Assembly: GCA_030390025.1 (NCBI GenBank)
Contig: CM059431.1
Span: 131,194,001 to 131,258,000 of the forward strand
Reading direction: 5' to 3'
DNA from: Squalus acanthias
Taxonomy: Eukaryota
DNA length: 64,000 bases
The position numbers and the translations under genes are program-made. A model generated the notes under the pieces. It was not told where the DNA came from and did no database searches. It worked only from the letters and a program-made list of their open reading frames with translations. Below, piece by piece: positions 58,400 to 64,000 of this stretch; the first letter of the stretch is position 1; the number at the start of each line of letters is the position of its first letter.

Positions 58400-59209
58400 G
58401 CGGATTCTGGGGGGAGCTGTGTGGCGGATCGCCACCTAAACGAGCATAATCCACTCTTCCGTCCGTGGACAAAAATCCAGCACCTTCCCTTTAAGGCACC
58501 TTACCTTTAAGGCAGGAGTGGGCGGGGCCTCAGAGTTTGCCCAGAGAATTCTGGGAGCTTTCTGTGCAGCCATTTTTGTGCCATGCAGTTGAATTAAAGT
58601 TTCTTGTTTTCCACATATGGATTCAGCCTCCATTCGTGTTTCGCGGCAGCCTCAACAACACCCTCTTTTTTTGTTTCATCATCTTCTCTATTTCCCTCGA
58701 CATCCAAGGAGCCCTTGCTTTGGTTCCCGTACCCTTCCCTCTTGTTGGAACGTACCTAACCTGTACTTGGAACATCTCTTCCTTAAAGATCATCCATTGT
58801 TCCCTCACAATTTTTCCTGTCAGTCTTTGGTTCCATTTTATCCTGGCTAGTTCCTTTTGTATCCCATTGAAGTTAGCCCTATTCCAGTTTAGAAGTTCCA
58901 CTCTAGATTGTTCCTTGCTCCTCTCCATTGCTAATCTAAATCTTATGATACGATGATCACTTGTACCCAAGTGTTCTCCCACAGACACCTGGTTGACCTG
59001 GCCCACCTCATTCCCCAGCACCAGATCCAGCAATGCCTCCTTCTTAGTTGGGCCAAGAACATACTGGTCAAGGAAATTCTCCTGAACACTGTTCAGAAAT
59101 TCCTCCCCCATCTTTCCCTTTACCCTAGCATTATCCCAATCAATATTTGGGTAATTAAAGTTCCCCAATATCACTACTCTATAGCTCTTGCATATCTCTG
59201 CGATTTTCC

Positions 59210-59542
59210 TGCGATTCGCACGATGGCCACTGAACTTCCGCCTCCCCTTAACAGGTGAGGTTCCCAAAGTGTGTGAATCCCGTGCACAACCAGTCAAAGT
59301 TCAAATCTGATGTTAAAAAGGCAGTTACGGGTCTGTAAACGAGCAATTAACAACCTCAATGAGGTCACCTGCCTCTCCCGAGTGGGTCCATGGCGCGCCT
59401 CGAAACGCACCCCAGTGAAAGGCAGAAGTCGGCGGGATGGCGGCAGGTTCCCGATGTGCTGTCAATTTCTGCGCTCTTAACCACTGATGCCCCCCCCCCC
59501 CACCCCAAACCCACATGCTCTCCAATTTGAAAATTCCGGCCC
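59210..59542. mobile_element. Harbinger-type terminal fragment
   Basis: GC-rich segment ending in TIR-like GAAAATTCCGGCCC. Confidence 0.55.
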
Positions 59543-59887
59543 GTGTCTTTTCCATCTGAAAAATGTTGTTTTCTCCTACACTTTGCTTTCTGCCCTCCAA
59601 CAGAGTTGATGAACCGAATAATCTATTTCTGTGCTGTAACATTCTATGATTCTATGCTGTGTAGAATAAAGTAGCAATTTTGAGTAAAGTAGCACAGAGC
59701 ATGCAGTTAATATGATTTACAGTTGTAAACATTGCGATTAAAATTATACTAGCAGATAGCAGCATGGCTATTACTAAATATAGTATTATTCAGTATATCG
59801 TTATTATCAGTTAGTTATAAACTTTACCAGCTTAGTGTACATGGTTATTATTAATTAGTTACGTGCTGTACAGACTTTGGAAACCTT

Positions 59888-60053
59888 GGGCAGAACTTTC
59901 ACTACGTTGGGGGTGTAAAACAGGTGTCTGATCCAATATCGCGTGTTTTACACCCACCCAATTTTCCTTCCCATAATCGCGTGGGGCGTATAACGGGCGG
60001 TCAATTCCATATTGCCTATTTTACACCCCTACCAATGTTGAAAGTTCTAACCC
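59888..60053. mobile_element. Short palindromic MITE (166 bp)
   Basis: GGGCAGAACTTTCA / TGAAAGTTCTAACCC termini; inner GGGGTGTAAAA / TTTTACACCCC arms; related remnant at ~18950-19085. Confidence 0.7.
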
Positions 60054-60239
60054 ATGTAGCGTATTAAAATTGAAATTATGATAATAAATATGGCCAGGAC
60101 TGATTGCATTGTAAGTGGCATTCTCATTGGAAATTTCTGACAAGCAAGCAGAAATTCACGGGTACCGTGGCCAATTTGGGAGTAGTTAGTCTGCTTCAAT
60201 GTATACATGAAATGGGATATGTATATGTAAAAATACGAT

Positions 60240-60569
60240 GCTGCCAAGAGAAATAGAATGAACATTACCACCTGGTAAGTTCCTAATCTTGAGAATTCTC
60301 CCAGGAATTAATGTGCACCATCATTATATGTGGATTCAACCGCATTAAACCATCGATACAACTATCCATCTTAGGAATTTAGCACAACTAGTTTACATCA
60401 AAACTGCTTGTAGATTATCCTGTAACTGTTTATACAAACAGATGGATAGTTGTATTGATAATTTATTACAGTTGAATCGACGTACAATGGTGCACGTTAA
60501 TCCCTGGGAGATTTCCCAAGATTAGTAATTTACTAGGTGGAAATTCCCATTCGATTTCTCTGTGGCAGC
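60240..60569. repeat. 330-bp imperfect palindrome (arms ~130 bp)
   Basis: GCTGCCAAGAGAAATAGAATG...ATACAACTATCCATCT mirrors AGATGGATAGTTGTAT...CATTCGATTTCTCTGTGGCAGC. Confidence 0.85.
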
Positions 60570-60889
60570 CTGACAATCTACTAATATTACTGCCAACAAT
60601 TAAATCAAAATAAACCTGTGTATTATTAAAAGGATAGGGGTGGAGATCATGTACATTTATCTTTCAATGCTGAAAGTTGCCAGTTTATCTTTGCGGCATG
60701 TTGGGCAGGCAATGTTGGAGGACTGTTAGGAGTGGTTTTATGATCTGTAAAAGTGGCACAGCTTGAAAAAAAAACTTAACCAGATGAAGCAGTGTCCATT
60801 TTGAAAAGTGAGATGTATTAAAATAGGTCAGGCTTTAGCCAAAAATACATGTCAGTCCTAATGAGTGATATTAGGAAGGTCTGTGTACA

Positions 60890-61200
60890 GATCTTCACCT
60901 CATCCAACACTCTGTTGCCAATGTCCTAACCCAAACATAGTTCCGTTCATCCATTACCGCTGTCCTTGCTGACCTAGATTGGTTCCCGGTTTCCGAACAC
61001 CTCCAATTAAAAATTCTCACCGTCGTGTTTGAATCCCATCATGGCCTCACTCCTCCTTATCACTATAACCACCTCCAGCCCTAAAATTCCCTGCAGAACT
61101 CTCTGTTCCTCTGACTCTGGCTCGTGCCTCCCTCCTCCCTAGGGCCCCTCCATTGATGGCTGTGCCTTCAGCCACCTACGTCCCACACTCTGGAATTTCC
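60890..61200 (+). mobile_element. Degenerate L2-type 3' fragment
   Basis: Homologous to 29230-29540. Confidence 0.7.
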
Positions 61201-62789
61201 ACCCAGAAATGCTTACTACCATAAACCTCCCCCATATGCGAGCTTTCACTCCCTATAGCTTTTAAACACCCAATATCTGGTAATGTAGTAAACCCAGAGG
61301 TTGGACAGAAATTCGTGTTACTATATTTAGTTTATTGAGTAGATCACAAGCTCTCTTGTATCTCCTACATTTCAGAAATCAGAGGACAGTGGCTTAGGCT
61401 GTAAACTACAGAAAAAGTTTATTAAAATTAACAGATATGCAGTAGGAAATCTAATACATCAATTTATACTTTTTTTTACAAAGGTTTTAACCCACTCTCC
61501 CTTTTCAAATACAAAATAGCAAAAAAAAATGCAACAATTTGCTAATTCTGGATCCTGGATCTGTGTTTGCATCATAACTTACACGTGGGGTCTGATCCAT
61601 GGTGTCTTCAACGCCTATCTCAATAACCTCAGAAGAACTGGTGAACTGGAAGCATGCTCCATGGGATATATTCCTCTTACCCCTTGAAGTTCCACCACAA
61701 CAAAGGAAATTCAAAATGTATCTTCCAAAATCAAATAAAGCTACCAAGCATTCAACAACTTAAGACACCGAAAATGTCTGTCGCTCCAAAGACTGCCTCC
61801 TGAAGTGTCAGCTGTCCCATCTAATAGGTGTCCAGACAAATCTGTTTGGCATTTAGTTGCAAAACCTATTTCAGTTAACAGATCATTCATCTGAACAAAA
61901 CAAGGCACTGTGCCAAATAGTTCTCGATTGAACAACATCTATTCTTAATAAGTTTAGCAAACAAAAGTATTTGCATGGGAAGAATGGCCTGTCCATTCAA
62001 GTGAATATGAAAGCTATGATCTGCAGCAGCTTGTATAGTTTGAGCTGTAGACCAAAATTTAAAGTGGCTGCTAGTTTCACGTTCATAAAGATCTGATTAG
62101 AATTGAGAATGAAACTCCCTAATTAGCGCAGCTGGAGTATTCCTTTTCATAGTGCAACATTTGTTTATTGTAACTTTCACTGAATTATCATGAGTCTGAC
62201 CTCCTCCTTGCTTCTGTGCCATATGGTGCAGAAGTGCAAAGCATAAAAGCTGCAGCAGCTGACATTTTAGAAACTGGAATGAAAACTGGCACTTGCAGAT
62301 TAGCTGACCAAAGATGCACTGCAGTTTAAGCTAACAAGCATGTTAGTTTTGTTCACAAAACAGGATAACAGCATTTAAGATACACAACCAGTACAAACAT
62401 TATAGTCTGAAATGCAAGCTTCTCTGGGAAGGTGCATCTCTACGCACAGACTCATAACTGAAGGGAATCATTTTTCAAAACGACTTGGAACATCAGATCA
62501 ACAAAAGCATATTCACTAAGAGCAACCTGATTTCATTGAAAAGAACTATGAGATTACATCAAAGTCTGCTGAAACTCCTGTGAACATCAGCATTCTTATT
62601 GCTGCTGTGAAAGGCAGATATCATGGGCTGCAGCAGGATTTTGGCAGGCCGCTGAATCTGCTCAGGGATTGGGAGAGAAGTCTGTAAAACAGATTTGATA
62701 TGTCAAATGCAAAGCACAAAAACTGACAGAAAAGTGCCAGAATTGTTGATAGCATGAAGTACAAATAATTGGATTGAGTTAAACTTCTG

Positions 62790-63123
62790 CTTATTGGTGC
62801 AGCTATTGCAAACGTGGCTGCAGTGTGCACCATCTACAAGATGCACTGCAGCAACTCGCCAAGGCTCCTTCGACAGAACCTCCCAAACCCGCAACCTCTT
62901 CCACCTAGAAGGACAAGGGCAGCAGCCGCATGGGAACACCACCACCTCCAAGTTCCCCTCCAAGTCACACATCATCCTAACTTGGAAATATATTGGTGTT
63001 CCTTCATCGTCGCTGGGTCAAAATCCTGGAATTCCCTCCCTAACAGCACTGTGGAAGTACCTTCACCACACGGGCTTCAGCGGTTCAAGAAGGTGGCTCA
63101 CCACCACCTTCTCAAGGGCAATT
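62790..63123 (+). mobile_element. Second CR1-group LINE family 3' region
   Basis: Homologous to 37600-37913. Confidence 0.85.
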
Positions 63124-64000
63124 GCCTGATAGTCATTGCCTGACACTTCTGTGGTGCGAATATTACCTGTCGGGCATGGACCGCTTCATTATCTGAGGAG
63201 TTGTGAATGGCGCTGAAAACTATGCAGTCATCAGCAAACATCCCCATTTCTGACCCTATGTTGAAAGGAAGGTCATTGATGAAGCAGGTGAAGATGGTTG
63301 GGGCTAGGACACTGCCCTGAGGAACTCCTGCAGCGATGTCCTGGGGCTGTGATGATTGACCTTCAACCACTACAACCATCTTCCTTTGTGCTAGGTATGA
63401 CTCCAGCCAGTGGAGAGTTTTCCCCCCGATTCCCATTGACTTCAGTTTTACTAGGGCTCTTTCATGCCACACTCGGTCAAATGCTGCCATGATGTCAAGG
63501 GCAGTCACTCTCACCTCACCTCTGGAATTCAGCTCCTTTGTCCATGTTTGGACCAAGGCTGTAATGAGGTCGGGAGCCGAATGGTCTTGGCGGAACCCAA
63601 ACTGGGCATCAGTGAGCAGGTTATTGGTGAGTTAGTGCCGCTTGATAGCACTGTCGATGACACCTTCCATCACTTTGCTGATGATTGAGAGTAGACTGAT
63701 GGGGCGGTAATTGGCCGGATTGGATTTGTCCTGCTTTTTGTGGACAGGACATACCTGGGCAGTTTTCCACATTGTCGGATAGATGCCAGTGTTGTAGCTG
63801 TATTGCAATAGCTTGGCTAGAGTCGCGGCTAGTTCTGGAGCACAAGTCTTCAGCGCGATAGCCGGGATGTTGTCGGGGCCCATAGCCTTTGCTGTATCCA
63901 GTGCGCTCAGCCGTTTCTTGATATCACGTGGAGTGAATCGAATTGGCTGAAGACTGGCTTTTGTGATGGTGGGGACCTCAGGAGTGGGCCGATATGGATC
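63124..64000 (-). mobile_element. Second CR1-group LINE family RT region, runs off the window
   Basis: GPDNIPAIALK, NYRPISLLSIISK, LDI.AAFDRVWH, GVPQGSVL, FADD. Confidence 0.9.

Larger units (their letters stand above)
54309..58657 (+). mobile_element. Full-length Gypsy (CsRn1-like) LTR retrotransposon, 4349 bp; LTRs 54309-54546 and 58420-58657
   Basis: 238-bp LTRs with 3 mismatches counted by eye, TSD ACAC, PBS at 54548, PPT at 58409-58416. Confidence 0.98.
54130..59210 (-). mobile_element. CR1 ORF2 endonuclease-region fragment (54130-54308 and 58658-59210) split by Gypsy
   Basis: VILGNFNYPNIDW, LLDLVL, HLGTSDH, PWMSREI, AKREYESR. Confidence 0.85.

Noticed and set aside
61505..61938. Minus-strand coding exon between an acceptor near 61891 and a donor near 61582
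   Set aside because: All three frames contain stops; a non-coding exon cannot be excluded but is unsupported.

Overview
Eukaryotic (vertebrate) genomic DNA, most likely a shark or other cartilaginous fish (inferred from the Deu-domain SINE and CR1/L2 family content). The window is intergenic or deep intronic. I could not support any host protein-coding exon, RNA gene or CRISPR array. Most of it is nested transposons. (1) At least five decayed autonomous-type PIF/Harbinger elements, each with a spliced Myb/SANT-like gene converging on a HARBI1-type DDE transposase, plus about ten Harbinger-type MITEs. (2) Two young, GC/CpG-rich Gypsy LTR retrotransposons of the CsRn1 type in inverted orientation: one full-length with a single nonsense codon, one with a ~1.04-kb internal deletion. 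(3) Two solo-LTR-like inserts inside Harbinger transposase genes, both with atypical target-site signatures (apparent 3-bp TSD; no TSD or TA at a TGTACA palindrome). (4) Many CR1 and L2 LINE fragments, two Deu-SINEs and three Penelope-like termini, one with a hammerhead-ribozyme core. The most interesting emergent pattern is that the Harbinger MITEs of several families keep inward-facing TATA-like motifs, start codons, near-consensus 5' splice donors on both strands and covarying hairpins, so they look like mobile bidirectional promoter/first-exon cassettes. Identities and GC values were estimated by eye; no alignment or database search was run.
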